The notes under the pieces were generated by a model. The model did not search any database, had not been told where the DNA came from, and saw only the letters and a list, made by a program, of their open reading frames with translations. This document shows, piece by piece, positions 40,378 through 50,190 of a stretch of 64,000 nt of DNA. Source of the stretch: Nitrosomonadales bacterium. Its GTDB lineage: Bacteria > Pseudomonadota > Gammaproteobacteria > Burkholderiales > Gallionellaceae. The position numbers and the translations under genes were made by a program. The stretch covers positions 30,756-94,755 of the forward strand of contig JACRED010000031.1 of assembly GCA_016218415.1 (NCBI GenBank), read 5' to 3'. Within the stretch, counting starts at the first letter, position 1. Every line of letters begins with the position of its first letter.

Positions 40378-41556
40378 TCAATTGGTAGTAAACGGCAAGA
40401 TACCCTCCAAAACTTCACTCCGCGAGATTTTTCGCCTTAATTCAAATTGTTCGAATGCAGAGACAACATCAATCACAGACAGATTGTCGAAATTGATTTT
40501 GTCCCATATAGAACGAGAAATGTTTGCACTGTAAACATAGGTGTCAGTATGGTGACCGGTAGCAGGATCAACACGCTGCGTGAAAGCAGAAAGGGTTATA
40601 TCTTGCACTGTTGGCAGTGAAGCAAATATCTCACCAGCAATACGAAAACCTACACCATGCACATGCTGCGAGTAAAGAGCCTGCAATGGCTTACCTTTAA
40701 CTTCCTTTAGATTCAGCTTGTAACCGCGCTGAGGTACGCTGGCTATTTTTCTTTGCATGTCCTCAATTTCAGGCAGATCAATATCAATAGCTACCGATTT
40801 CCCTTCTCTATTAATTTCAAACGATACAAGAGTCTCACGAGGCCAAGTTATTGCACAAAGATTCTCTTCGAGAACTTGTTGCATGAAATCTTGATCTCTA
40901 CGGAGGCGTTCATCGAATCGCTTAGATTCCTCTTCCTGCTGAGCTTCGAACAACGCCTTCTCGGAATGCCAACGAGCTATGCTATCGTTATACAAGCGTC
41001 TAGCCTCAGCTTCCTTCGCCTCAATTTGAACTCGTTTACCAAGGAGGCGAGCTATTAAACCCACACCCTTGAGTACAGGGTGCTTTGGTTCAGGCTGAGG
41101 AAATTCTAAAGGTATATATTGGGGCGCGTCGTCTGGCTTTGGTGTATGGCAATGAATTCTGCCGAGCGCTTCGGTTTCAGCATTAATTTCTGAACATGTC
41201 TGTTCTAGCAGCTCGCGAATCTTGGCACCTTGTTGACGTTTGGCAAGATTTGTAAGGTAGTCACTGAGCGGTTGGCCGTTGGAATCGAGAAACGTAACCG
41301 TGCCATCATCTCCGACCTTAACTGATGCGGTTACATTTACTTTCCCTGGCCGTCCGCTGGACTCTGAAGTAGCAGCACCGAGTCGAGATCGGCTGTAAAG
41401 GCCAGTACCGGGAATGCCTGTGTTTACAAAAGTCCCCCTTGATCCAAAGTTCACAGATGCTCCACGAGGACCTGCACTTAGGCTTACCCCACTTCCACTG
41501 AAATTAAGCCGTAATCCTGGTGCCAATTTAATAGACCGTCGAAAACGCACTCCCAT
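40378..41556 (-). CDS. AT-rich cargo: DUF4236-type N-terminal domain protein
   Basis: MGVRFRRSIKLAPGLRLNFSGSGVSLSAGPRGASVNFGSRGTFVNTGIPGTGL; C-terminal DLPEIEDM and RVDPATGH; RBS GGGGGAG. Confidence 0.85.
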   Translation of the reverse strand: MGVRFRRSIKLAPGLRLNFSGSGVSLSAGPRGASVNFGSRGTFVNTGIPGTGLYSRSRLGAATSESSGRPGKVNVTASVKVGDDGTVTFLDSNGQPLSDYLTNLAKRQQGAKIRELLEQTCSEINAETEALGRIHCHTPKPDDAPQYIPLEFPQPEPKHPVLKGVGLIARLLGKRVQIEAKEAEARRLYNDSIARWHSEKALFEAQQEEESKRFDERLRRDQDFMQQVLEENLCAITWPRETLVSFEINREGKSVAIDIDLPEIEDMQRKIASVPQRGYKLNLKEVKGKPLQALYSQHVHGVGFRIAGEIFASLPTVQDITLSAFTQRVDPATGHHTDTYVYSANISRSIWDKINFDNLSVIDVVSAFEQFELRRKISRSEVLEGILPFTTN

Positions 41557-41586
41557 TACTCCCCCTTCCGCCTAAGACACCAATAA

Positions 41587-41615
41587 CCGGAGTCAAATTG
41601 TATTGCCTATCTACT
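41587..41615 (-). repeat. Inner motif homologous to the cassette-1 inner inverted repeat
   Basis: Reverse complement AGTAGATAGGCAATACAATTTGACTCCGG resembles 492-521. Confidence 0.75.
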
Positions 41616-41622
41616 TTTGCAT

Positions 41623-41896
41623 GATGGGCAACTTGTTGCCCATCGTATGGGTTTACGATTTTGGTTTTGACTTACCCTCCCCTGTGCGCCGCCGAGTAGC
41701 GGAGGCTGGTCAGGGGATTTCGGCGAGGACTGTCTGAGCGCGTAGCGCGAGTTCCGCAGCCGCCTGACCAGTCGAGCAACGCAGGGCACCGCGTAGCGGC
41801 GGCAAACCGGGTTCGCCTTCTTTTTGGTTACTTTTTCTTTGGCGAAGCAAGAAAAAGTGACTAGCTGCCGGGCAACCCCCGGCGGTTTTGACTTTG
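41623..41896 (-). repeat. ~270 bp structured repeat, right-type copy (R2), uninterrupted
   Basis: Inverted homolog of L1/L2, beginning with palindrome GATGGGCAAC-TT-GTTGCCCATC. Confidence 0.95.
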
Positions 41897-41911
41897 AAGT
41901 TGGCTTTTGAA

Positions 41912-41943
41912 TGTTGGGTATCGCTGCGCTCCACCCAACCTAC
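41912..41943 (-). repeat. GTAG-family REP (GTAGGTTGGGTGGAGCGCAGCGATACCCAACA)
   Basis: GTAG tetranucleotide followed by an imperfect palindrome, typical of RAYT-associated REPs. Confidence 0.8.
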
Positions 41944-41948
41944 CTACC

Positions 41949-43037
41949 TTATTTTTTCGCTCCCATTCCCAACGCCCTCAACCTTCCTTGCTCCAACTCC
42001 GCTTTATCCGTCTCCACCAGCCATCCCTGCAAGTTATCCATCACCAGATCGGTCAGCGCGTGCATCCAGTCGTCGCGGTCATTGAGGCAGGGGATGTAGT
42101 GGTATTCGCCGCCGCCGGCGTGCTGGAAATCTTCCTTGCCTTCCATCGCGATCTCTTCCAGCGTTTCCAGGCAGTCGGCGACGAAGCCGGGGCAGACGAC
42201 GTCGACGCGTTTGGTCTTCTGTTTGCCGAGTTCGAGCAGCGTGGCGGTGGTGTAGGGTTTGATCCATTCCGCTTTGCCGAAGCGCGACTGGAAGCTGACC
42301 GCGTATTGATCGGGCTTCAGGCCGAGCTGTTCCGCAAATAATCGTCCGGTCTTGTGGCATTCGCAGTGGTAGGGGTCGCCCTTGTCCAGCGAGAACTGCG
42401 GCACGCCGTGGAAGCTCATCACCAGTTTTTCGGGGCGGCCGTGTTTCATCCAGTAGTCGTTGATGTTGTTGGCCAGCGCCTTGATGTAGCCGGGGTGGTC
42501 GTGAAAGTGTTTGATAGTGCGCAGCGCGGGGGTGTTGCGTATCTTTTGCATCGCGCCGAATACCAGATCGAACACCGTGGCGGTGGCACTGGCCGCGTAT
42601 TGCGGATACATCGGCACGACCAGGATGCGCTGGCAGTTCTGTTCCTTGAGTTTCTGCATCACGCTGGCGACAGACGGATTGCCGTAGCTCATCGCGAAGT
42701 CCACGACGACAGGCGCTTGGGTGCGCTGGCTCAGATAGCCTTGCAGCAGGGTGGCCTGCTTCTCGGTATACACGCGCAACGGCGAGCCTTCTTTCATCCA
42801 TATCGAAGCGTATTTCGCGGCGGATTTCTTCGGGCGGGTGTTGAGGATGATGCCGTTCAGGATGAACCACCAGATTGCCTTGGGAATCTCCACCACGCGC
42901 GGATCGCCCAGAAATTCCTTGAGATAGGGACGCACGGCGGCGGCAGTGGGCGCATCCGGCGTGCCGAGATTGACCAGCAGGATGCCGGTCCTGGCGGGCG
43001 TGCCGTGCGCGAAAGCGGGTTCAGTCTGATAAGTCAT
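41949..43037 (-). CDS. hemH: Ferrochelatase
   Basis: [41 protein letters not shown]. Confidence 0.97.
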   Translation of the reverse strand: MTYQTEPAFAHGTPARTGILLVNLGTPDAPTAAAVRPYLKEFLGDPRVVEIPKAIWWFILNGIILNTRPKKSAAKYASIWMKEGSPLRVYTEKQATLLQGYLSQRTQAPVVVDFAMSYGNPSVASVMQKLKEQNCQRILVVPMYPQYAASATATVFDLVFGAMQKIRNTPALRTIKHFHDHPGYIKALANNINDYWMKHGRPEKLVMSFHGVPQFSLDKGDPYHCECHKTGRLFAEQLGLKPDQYAVSFQSRFGKAEWIKPYTTATLLELGKQKTKRVDVVCPGFVADCLETLEEIAMEGKEDFQHAGGGEYHYIPCLNDRDDWMHALTDLVMDNLQGWLVETDKAELEQGRLRALGMGAKK

Positions 43038-43071
43038 GTAGTGATCCTTGCATTGATAAGTGATGAGGTGG

Positions 43072-44091
43072 TTAATTCTGTGAAAGGGCGTTGCCCAGCA
43101 GGCGCGCCGTGATGTCCACGATGGGCACGACGCGCTGGTAATCCATGCGCTTCGGGCCGACCACGGCGAGCGTGCCCACCACCTGTCCGTCCACGGAATA
43201 GGACGAGGTGATCACGCTGCACTCTTCCAGCGAGGCGAGGCCGGATTCGTTGCCGACGAAGATGTGTATGCCCTGCCCGTTGCGGCCGGCTTCCAGCAGT
43301 TGCAGCAGCTCGGTCTTCTGCTCGAACAGGTTGAACAGGCCGCGCAGGCGGTTCATGTCGGCGGACAGGTCGTCCACGTGCAGCAGGTTGCGTTCGCCGC
43401 TGATGACATAGTCCTCGGCCTTCTTTGCCGCAGCTTCGTCGCCCGCCGCCAGCGCCGCCGCCATCAATGCGCTCATGTCCTGGTGCAGCTGGCGCAGCTC
43501 GCCGCGCAGCTTTTCGCGTATCTGCGAAAAGCTGAAGCCGATGTAATGCTGGTTGAGGAAGTTGCCCGCCTCGGTGAGCTGCGACTGGGTGTAATCCTTT
43601 TCCATCGGGAGCACGCGGTTTTCCACCTCGCCGTCCGGCATCACGATGATCAGCAGTACACGCTTTTCACCCAGGCGCAGGAATTCGATCTGGCGCACGG
43701 TGACGGCTTCGCGCCTGGGTGTGGCGACCACGCCGGCGAATTGCGTCAGTTCGGAGAGGATGCTGGAAGCCTGCGCGATCAGGCGCGACGGGTTGTCCGG
43801 CTGCAACTGGCTTTCCATCTGCTGCACGCGCGCGTTGTCCAGCGGCTTGGTGACCAGCATCGTGTCGATGAACAGACGGTATGCCAATCCGGTCGGGATG
43901 CGTCCGGCGGACGTGTGCGGGCTGCTGACCAGCCCGATGTCTTCGAGATCGGCCATCACGTTGCGGATGGTCGCGGAGCTGACTTCCAGCCCGGAATACT
44001 GTTGCAGCGTGCGCGAACCGACCGGCTGGCCGTCGCTGATATAGCGTTCCACCAGGGTTTTGAGCAGGATCTGTGCGCGTTCGTTGAGCAT
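43072..44091 (-). CDS. hrcA: Heat-inducible transcription repressor HrcA
   Basis: [34 protein letters not shown]. Confidence 0.96.
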   Translation of the reverse strand: MLNERAQILLKTLVERYISDGQPVGSRTLQQYSGLEVSSATIRNVMADLEDIGLVSSPHTSAGRIPTGLAYRLFIDTMLVTKPLDNARVQQMESQLQPDNPSRLIAQASSILSELTQFAGVVATPRREAVTVRQIEFLRLGEKRVLLIIVMPDGEVENRVLPMEKDYTQSQLTEAGNFLNQHYIGFSFSQIREKLRGELRQLHQDMSALMAAALAAGDEAAAKKAEDYVISGERNLLHVDDLSADMNRLRGLFNLFEQKTELLQLLEAGRNGQGIHIFVGNESGLASLEECSVITSSYSVDGQVVGTLAVVGPKRMDYQRVVPIVDITARLLGNALSQN

Positions 44092-44246
44092 GGGGCGGAT
44101 TCTACCATTGGCGCCGGACTGTTAACCGATAATGCTGGTCGGGATTGCCCCGGGGCGGCCGGAAGATTTTTAAATTTACCACGCATTCGTTGAACTTTTT
44201 TTTTGCGGCCATGCCTACCCCCACGTTATTTTTACAGGAGTTGGAA

Positions 44247-44666
44247 ATGCTTCGAGCAGTCGTGTCTATGGGTTGGGTGTTTGCGGCTATCATGGGGCTG
44301 GCGGCGCAGCCGGCTTGCGCGGAAAGCCCGGAAGAGGTGCTGGCAGCCCTCAAAACTGAAGCGGCGAATACGCAGGGTTTCCAGGGTTTTTCGGCAGCAC
44401 GCGGGGAAAATTTCTACAAGACCAAGCATGGCGGCGAGTGGAGCTGTTCATCGTGCCATACCGATAATCCGGCGGCGCAAGGCAAACACGCCAAGAGCGA
44501 CAAGGTCATCAAGCCCATGGCGCCATCCGCCAATCCGGAGCGGTTTACCGACATGAAGAAAGTCGAAAAGTGGTTCAAACGCAATTGCAACGACGTGCTG
44601 GACCGCGTCTGTACAGCGCAGGAGAAGGGCGACATGCTCACTTACCTGCTCACCATACGAAAATAG
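44247..44666 (+). CDS. SHP-like (DUF1924) monoheme cytochrome c
   Basis: Signal peptide, CSSCH, NPERFTD..KVEKWFKRNCNDVLDRVCTAQEKGD. Confidence 0.85.
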   Translation: MLRAVVSMGWVFAAIMGLAAQPACAESPEEVLAALKTEAANTQGFQGFSAARGENFYKTKHGGEWSCSSCHTDNPAAQGKHAKSDKVIKPMAPSANPERFTDMKKVEKWFKRNCNDVLDRVCTAQEKGDMLTYLLTIRK

Positions 44667-44675
44667 AAAGCCGAC

Positions 44676-45194
44676 ATGACGTTTTTAAAATCGAATAGGC
44701 ATTGGTTGGCGCTGCTGCTGGGGGGTGTTCTGGTTTTGGGCGCGGCGATGCCTTTCGCGCAGGCCGATGACGACGAAGATGAGGCGCAGCACAGGGCTGA
44801 CCAGGCAAAACACAGCAATCCCAAATGGCTGGCGGATTGCGGTGCTTGCCATATCGCCTATCCGCCGCGCTTCCTTGCGGCGGAATCATGGCGCGAGATC
44901 ATGGCCGGCCTGGACAGGCACTTCGGCAGCGATGCCAGCCTGGATGCCGGAACGGCGCGCGAGATAACGGTTTTTCTGGAAGAGAATGCGCGCCGCCAGA
45001 AAGAGAGGCGGGATGCATCCGGCAAGACACCTCTACGGATCAGTGAAACCCGCTGGTTCAGGCGCGAGCATGATGAAGTTGCACGCAGCGTCTGGAACAG
45101 CCCGAAGGTGAAAAGTCCCGCCAATTGTTCGGCGTGCCATTTGCAGGCGGAGAGCGGCGATTTCAGCGAGCACAATATCAACATACCGAGATAG
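44676..45194 (+). CDS. Diheme cytochrome c (DHC family)
   Basis: CGACH..YPPRFL, HFGSDASLD, PLRISET, CSACH. Confidence 0.88.
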   Translation: MTFLKSNRHWLALLLGGVLVLGAAMPFAQADDDEDEAQHRADQAKHSNPKWLADCGACHIAYPPRFLAAESWREIMAGLDRHFGSDASLDAGTAREITVFLEENARRQKERRDASGKTPLRISETRWFRREHDEVARSVWNSPKVKSPANCSACHLQAESGDFSEHNINIPR

Positions 45195-45206
45195 CAAGAG
45201 AACATC

Positions 45207-45815
45207 ATGAGTAACCGAATCCTGGTCTGGGATGCCCCCACGCGTGCCTTTCACTGGTTGCAGGCGCTGTCATTTGGAGTGGCCTATCTGACGGCGGATT
45301 CGGAACGCTACCGGGGTATCCATGTTGCGTTCGGTTACATCATGCTGGGCCTGCTCGTGTTCAGGTTGTTGTGGGGATTTGTCGGCACACGTTATTCCCG
45401 GTTCAGTTCGTTCGTGTTCAAACCGGCTGAAATTGTCGCGTATCTGGCATCGCTGACCCGGAGAAAGCCGCTACACTATCCGGGACACAACCCGGCGGGC
45501 AGTGTGTCGGTCTGGTTGCTGCTGACACTGGGACTGTCCCTGTGCGTGACCGGGGTGATGGCGCTGCAGGATGAGGCCGGTGATGCCGTGGTCGAGATGC
45601 ACGGCATCGCGACGAATGTCATGCTGGCTGTGGTTGCCTTGCACCTGCTCGGTGTGTTGATCAGCAGCGTGATGCACCGCGAGAATCTGGTGCGGGCGAT
45701 GATTACCGGCGTTAAACCGGTCAAATCGGATGCCGCCGGTATTCGGCGTGCACACAATGGCCTGGGTCTGGCGATGCTGGTCATCGTGGCGATGTTTGTG
45801 TATTTGCGCAGCTAG
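45207..45815 (+). CDS. Cytochrome b (Ni-hydrogenase cyt b-like)
   Basis: VWDAPTRAFHW, FRLLWGFVG, GHNPAG, ENLVRAMITG. Confidence 0.88.
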   Translation: MSNRILVWDAPTRAFHWLQALSFGVAYLTADSERYRGIHVAFGYIMLGLLVFRLLWGFVGTRYSRFSSFVFKPAEIVAYLASLTRRKPLHYPGHNPAGSVSVWLLLTLGLSLCVTGVMALQDEAGDAVVEMHGIATNVMLAVVALHLLGVLISSVMHRENLVRAMITGVKPVKSDAAGIRRAHNGLGLAMLVIVAMFVYLRS

Positions 45816-45869
45816 ATGGTTTGTGCAAGCGCGTTGTACGGGGTAACTGTTAATCTAAAGGGGCACTGA

Positions 45870-46478
45870 ATGAAGTTAAATGCGAATTTTATCCATATTG
45901 CCGGCGGTATCGGTTTGGCGATGTTGTCGGGATGGGCCTGTGCGGATGTTGCGTTGCCGGACGCCGCTTTGCCGACCAACGCCGCAATTTATACCCAGAA
46001 CTCCAAATCTTACATGCTGGCATTGAATGAAGGCGGTGTCGTAATCGGGCAGGCGAACGCGCCCGCAACTGCTTCCGCAGTCCAGCCGGCAGAGTATGAA
46101 CCGCCGTTCTTTTCCGGCAGCAACGCCCACAAATATATGGGGTTGACGACAGTGGCGCTGGTCGGGTTGACCGCGCTAACCGCACCGGACGATGAAGGCG
46201 GGACGACCAAATCGCGGACCCAGGGGACGCACCAGTCTCTGGGCCGGTTGACCGCCGCGATGGCTGCGGCCACGGTAACCACCGGGTTGCTGACGCATTG
46301 GGACGATTTTCATCTGGAAGATGGCTGGACCGATCCGGACAATCTGCACGTGATGCTGGGCACACTGGGCGCACTGGCGATGCTGAATGCCGTATCCAAG
46401 GCGCCGGGGAATGGCCATCCCGGTTCCGGGATTGCGGGCGGCGTTGCAATGGCTGCCGCGATTAAATTGACTTGGTAA
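45870..46478 (+). CDS. Hypothetical membrane protein with four His-led hydrophobic helices
   Basis: 202 aa ORF inside the operon; signal peptide; AHKYMG, THQSLG, LHVMLG, GHPGSG. Confidence 0.7.
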   Translation: MKLNANFIHIAGGIGLAMLSGWACADVALPDAALPTNAAIYTQNSKSYMLALNEGGVVIGQANAPATASAVQPAEYEPPFFSGSNAHKYMGLTTVALVGLTALTAPDDEGGTTKSRTQGTHQSLGRLTAAMAAATVTTGLLTHWDDFHLEDGWTDPDNLHVMLGTLGALAMLNAVSKAPGNGHPGSGIAGGVAMAAAIKLTW

Positions 46479-46487
46479 CGGGGTGAG

Positions 46488-47066
46488 ATGATGCAAGTAA
46501 AATTCCAGGTAAAATTCAAGGCTGCCGCATTGCTGGCGGGCGCGCTGTTGCTGAATGCTTCCGGCGCAAGCGCCGAAGAGAGTTTCGTGGGTTGGCTGGT
46601 CAATTTTCAGCGCGCCAAGGAAGTAACGCCGGTTACCGACAAACAATATCGCAGCGAATGCAGCGATTGTCATTTCGCCTATCAGCCGGGTCTGCTTCCG
46701 GAAAAATCGTGGCGGAAACTGTTGAATGCCGAGGCGCTGAGCGACCACTTTGGCGTCAATGCGGAACTGGACAGGGATACCCTGCAAGCTGTGCTTGACT
46801 ATGCGGTGGGAAATTCGGCGGACAAATCCTGGCACAAGCGCTCGCGCAAGATCGCCCGGGCCGCGGCTGAAGGGGAAGCCCCGCTGCGGATCACCGAGGT
46901 TCGTTACATCAAGCGCAAGCATCAGGATATCCCAGAGAATATGGTTAAGGGTAACAAGGATGTGAAGTCGCTGAGTTTTTGCGACAAGTGCCACACCCAG
47001 GCCGCAAAGGGTGTGTTCGATGCCGATACCGTCTCGATCCCCAACTATCCGGGCTGGGAAGATTGA
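46488..47066 (+). CDS. Second diheme cytochrome c (DHC family)
   Basis: CSDCHFAYQPGLLPEKSW, DHFGVNAELD, PLRITE, CDKCH. Confidence 0.88.
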   Translation: MMQVKFQVKFKAAALLAGALLLNASGASAEESFVGWLVNFQRAKEVTPVTDKQYRSECSDCHFAYQPGLLPEKSWRKLLNAEALSDHFGVNAELDRDTLQAVLDYAVGNSADKSWHKRSRKIARAAAEGEAPLRITEVRYIKRKHQDIPENMVKGNKDVKSLSFCDKCHTQAAKGVFDADTVSIPNYPGWED

Positions 47067-47071
47067 CACAA

Positions 47072-47122
47072 TGATACCGGGCAACATCCGTGTCAGCGGA
47101 TGCTGCCCGGGAATTGGTATCA
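47072..47122 (+). terminator. Long hairpin after the cytochrome operon
   Basis: CCGGGCAACATCCG-TGTCAG-CGGATGCTGCCCGG flanked by TGATACC/GGTATCA. Confidence 0.5.
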
Positions 47123-47320
47123 GAAACACAACATTTCCGTTGCGCCCGGATGCAGACGCCCGCCCCGGGCATCGTCAACTCTTCCGGCCAATTCCCCTGC
47201 CGTTTTCCGGATACATTCAATTCGCGGTGCCGTCTGCATGGCCGGATTCAATTGCTTGACTCTTTCAAAGTCCGTGAAATAGACTCGGGCGCGCCCAACA
47301 AATCTAAAGAGGGAAGTGCC

Positions 47321-48370
47321 ATGAAACGCTCGAACTTATATCAAGCCGGTCTGATTGCCGCAATGCTGCTTGCAGCTTCCGATTTCGTCAGTGCGGATGT
47401 GGGCGAAAAGCCATCCATGCAGGAGGTCAGGAAGGTATTTGAGAACGGCCTGAATGAGGCGATTTCCCAGGGGCGTGTCAAGATCGGCAATATCACCAGG
47501 GTCGGGGAACGGAGCAAAGAGGAAGCGCCGGATAAGTTCTACCAGCTGGATGCAGAGATCGAGCTGGTGTTCCTCAAGAATGTGACGGTGTGCCCGGCCG
47601 GCAAGCAGACGAGACTGGCCATATCTGAAGCGGGGAGTGGCCGTCCGAGTTGCGCGGCGAAGGCGAACAGGGCGGGTAGCAGGCTGACTGTGATCGGTGC
47701 GATCGATTTCGAGAAGACGGAAAAGAACTGGAAGGCGCAAAAGTGGGCGATCAAGCCCATGAGCTGGGATGACGAGTTGCTGGACGGGGTCATGAACGGG
47801 GATGCCAATATCGTCAGAGCCGCGATCCTGAAGGGGGCGAATGTCAACGCAAAGAACAGGTATGGCGTGCCTGCACTGCTCTCGGCATTGATCCAGAAGA
47901 AACCCGATGAGATCATCAAAATGCTGGTGCGGAATGGCGCCGACGTGAATGCAAAAGGCGATGCCGGCTGGACACCTTTGATCTGGGCAATATACAACGA
48001 TAACGCCGAAGTTGTGAAAGCGCTGGTATCCAAGGGGGCGAATGTCAACGCGCAGGATGACAATGGCAAAGAGGCACTGATCTATGCCATGGAGAAAAAC
48101 AATACGGTAATTATCCAGAAGCTGCTGAACAACGGAGCAGATGTCAATGCCAGGAACAGCAACGGGGTGCCTGCATTGGTCTGGTCTGCGGCCAACGGGA
48201 GTGCCGATATTGTCAAAATGCTGCTGGCGAGGGGCGCGATCGTCAATGCGAAGGATAACCTCGGGCATACAGCCTTGGATGTTGCGCTGGAAAACGGAAA
48301 TGCAGGGATCGTTCAAATGCTCCGTGACCGGGGCGCGCGCGCAGGTGTCAAGTCCGCTGGAGATCAATAG
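47321..48370 (+). CDS. Exported ankyrin-repeat protein
   Basis: Signal peptide; repeated GANVNAK/GADVNA..GWTPLIWA units; RBS GAGGGAAG. Confidence 0.85.
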   Translation: MKRSNLYQAGLIAAMLLAASDFVSADVGEKPSMQEVRKVFENGLNEAISQGRVKIGNITRVGERSKEEAPDKFYQLDAEIELVFLKNVTVCPAGKQTRLAISEAGSGRPSCAAKANRAGSRLTVIGAIDFEKTEKNWKAQKWAIKPMSWDDELLDGVMNGDANIVRAAILKGANVNAKNRYGVPALLSALIQKKPDEIIKMLVRNGADVNAKGDAGWTPLIWAIYNDNAEVVKALVSKGANVNAQDDNGKEALIYAMEKNNTVIIQKLLNNGADVNARNSNGVPALVWSAANGSADIVKMLLARGAIVNAKDNLGHTALDVALENGNAGIVQMLRDRGARAGVKSAGDQ

Positions 48371-48436
48371 AATCAAGGGTTATCGCCCTGCGTGCCCGGC
48401 TGTTGTCGCATTTGACGGCAATGGTCGTACGCGGTT

Positions 48437-48465
48437 TTGCCATTGCATGGGTAATGTGGTTTAAT
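48437..48465 (+). promoter_or_regulatory. sigma70-like promoter upstream of the cytochrome c4 gene (copy 1)
   Basis: TTGCCA-17 nt-TTTAAT with TG extension; near-duplicate of 49261-49289. Confidence 0.65.
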
Positions 48466-48500
48466 TGGTTCACTTTTCTCTTCCACTGGAGCTTACTAAT

Positions 48501-49154
48501 ATGATTAGAAATCAAAAAAGCGTTTTTGCCTGCCTGACTGCCGTCGTTCTGTTCGCAGCCACAACTGCTTTTGCCAGTGACACGGCAGAGGCGATCAAGC
48601 AGCGTATCGGCAGTGGCAATCCGGTCGAAGGCAAATCCGCGTCCGCTCTGTGCCAGGGATGCCACGGCGAAGACGGCAACAGCATCGAGGGTTTGATCCC
48701 CAAGTTGGCCGGACAATATTCCGTATACATCGCAAAGCAATTCCGCAATTTCCAGACCGGGGAACGCGAGCACCAGATCATGAGTGCGATGTCCGCGATC
48801 ATCAGTGACGCGGAGCTGGTGGATATCGTGGCCTATTTTGCGAGCCAGAAGCAGATGTCGGGTGGCGGCAAGAGCCTGAACCAGGTTGGCAAGAATCTGT
48901 TCACCAACGGCGACATGGCCAGAGGCGTGCTGCCCTGCCAGGGCTGTCACGGGGTGAACGGCAAGGGGCAGGCACCCGATGTTTCGACCTATCCTGTGAT
49001 AGGCGGGCAGCAGAAGGATTATCTGCGGCTGCAGCTTACCCACTGGAGAAGCGGCGAGCGCAGCAATAGCGTGGGCGGTGTGATGAACAATATCACCAAG
49101 TCCCTGACTGACGCCGAAATAGACGCATTGGCGGATTATATTTCCAGCTTGTAA
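48501..49154 (+). CDS. Diheme cytochrome c4
   Basis: Signal peptide; CQGCH twice; PKLAGQ, YPVIGGQ; Met ligand motifs. Confidence 0.9.
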   Translation: MIRNQKSVFACLTAVVLFAATTAFASDTAEAIKQRIGSGNPVEGKSASALCQGCHGEDGNSIEGLIPKLAGQYSVYIAKQFRNFQTGEREHQIMSAMSAIISDAELVDIVAYFASQKQMSGGGKSLNQVGKNLFTNGDMARGVLPCQGCHGVNGKGQAPDVSTYPVIGGQQKDYLRLQLTHWRSGERSNSVGGVMNNITKSLTDAEIDALADYISSL

Positions 49155-49260
49155 TCAGGTCATGTGCCTCGACGTGATCGGGGCGCATTTGCGTTAGCCT
49201 GTCGGCTTTGTGGCCCCGCCCGAGCTTCGGATGCGGGGCCTGTTTTATGGCGACTTGGCT

Positions 49261-49289
49261 TTGTCATTGCATGGGCGATGTGGTTTAAT
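49261..49289 (+). promoter_or_regulatory. sigma70-like promoter upstream of nadK (copy 2)
   Basis: TTGTCA-17 nt-TTTAAT with TG extension. Confidence 0.65.
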
Positions 49290-49297
49290 CCCCGACT

Positions 49298-50170
49298 ATG
49301 AAATTCCCCTTCCGAAATGTTGCGCTGATCGGCAAACACAAGGCGCCCGAGATTGCCGAGCCCCTGTTGCGGCTCGCCGCGTTTCTGACCAACCATGGCG
49401 TGAACGTGGTGGTGGACAGTCTGACCGCCGAGCATCTCAAAAACAATCCCTATCCGGCCATGAGTCTGGCCGAGATCGGCAATACGGTGGATCTTGCGGT
49501 CGTGATGGGGGGGGACGGCACGATGCTGAACATCGCGCGCACCCTGTCGCTGTGCCATGTGCCGCTGGTCGGGGTGAATCAGGGGCGGCTCGGTTTTCTC
49601 ACCGATCTCACGCTGGACAACATGCAGGATTGCATCGCGGCGATGCTGGACGGCAAGTTCGTCACCGAGCAGCGCTTGCTGCTGGATGCGCGAGTGTTGC
49701 GCAACAATGTCGAGGTATACAATGGCCGCGCGTTCAACGAGGTGGTGGTGCACCGCAACAATACCAGCAGCATGATCGAGTTCGAGGTGCGCATCGATGG
49801 CGAGTATCTCTACAACCAGCGTGCCGACGGGCTGATCATTTCCACACCCACCGGTTCCACGGCTTACGCGATGTCCGCCGGCGGACCGATACTGCATCCC
49901 AGCCTCGATGTGCTCGAACTGGTGCCGATCTGTCCGCATACACTGAGCAACCGGCCTATCGTGGTGAAGAGTTCTTCGGTGCTGGAGATACTGGTGCACC
50001 GCACGGCCGACATACACGTGCGCTTTGACAGCCACTCCAGTTACGACCTGCAGTTGCACGACAAGATCACCGTCACGCGCCACCCCGAAACTGTCTGCCT
50101 GCTGCATCCGGTCGGGCACAGTTACTACCACACGCTGCGCGAGAAATTGCTCTGGAACCAGATGCTCTAA
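49298..50170 (+). CDS. nadK: NAD kinase
   Basis: GGDGTML, GRLGFL, FNE, ADGLIISTPTGSTAYAMSAGGPI. Confidence 0.96.
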   Translation: MKFPFRNVALIGKHKAPEIAEPLLRLAAFLTNHGVNVVVDSLTAEHLKNNPYPAMSLAEIGNTVDLAVVMGGDGTMLNIARTLSLCHVPLVGVNQGRLGFLTDLTLDNMQDCIAAMLDGKFVTEQRLLLDARVLRNNVEVYNGRAFNEVVVHRNNTSSMIEFEVRIDGEYLYNQRADGLIISTPTGSTAYAMSAGGPILHPSLDVLELVPICPHTLSNRPIVVKSSSVLEILVHRTADIHVRFDSHSSYDLQLHDKITVTRHPETVCLLHPVGHSYYHTLREKLLWNQML

Positions 50171-50190
50171 ATGCTGGAGTTCCAAGATAT

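Noticed and set aside
44092-44246. CIRCE operator near hrcA
   Set aside because: No TTAGCACTC-N9-GAGTGCTAA is seen here, or upstream of clpB or hsp20.
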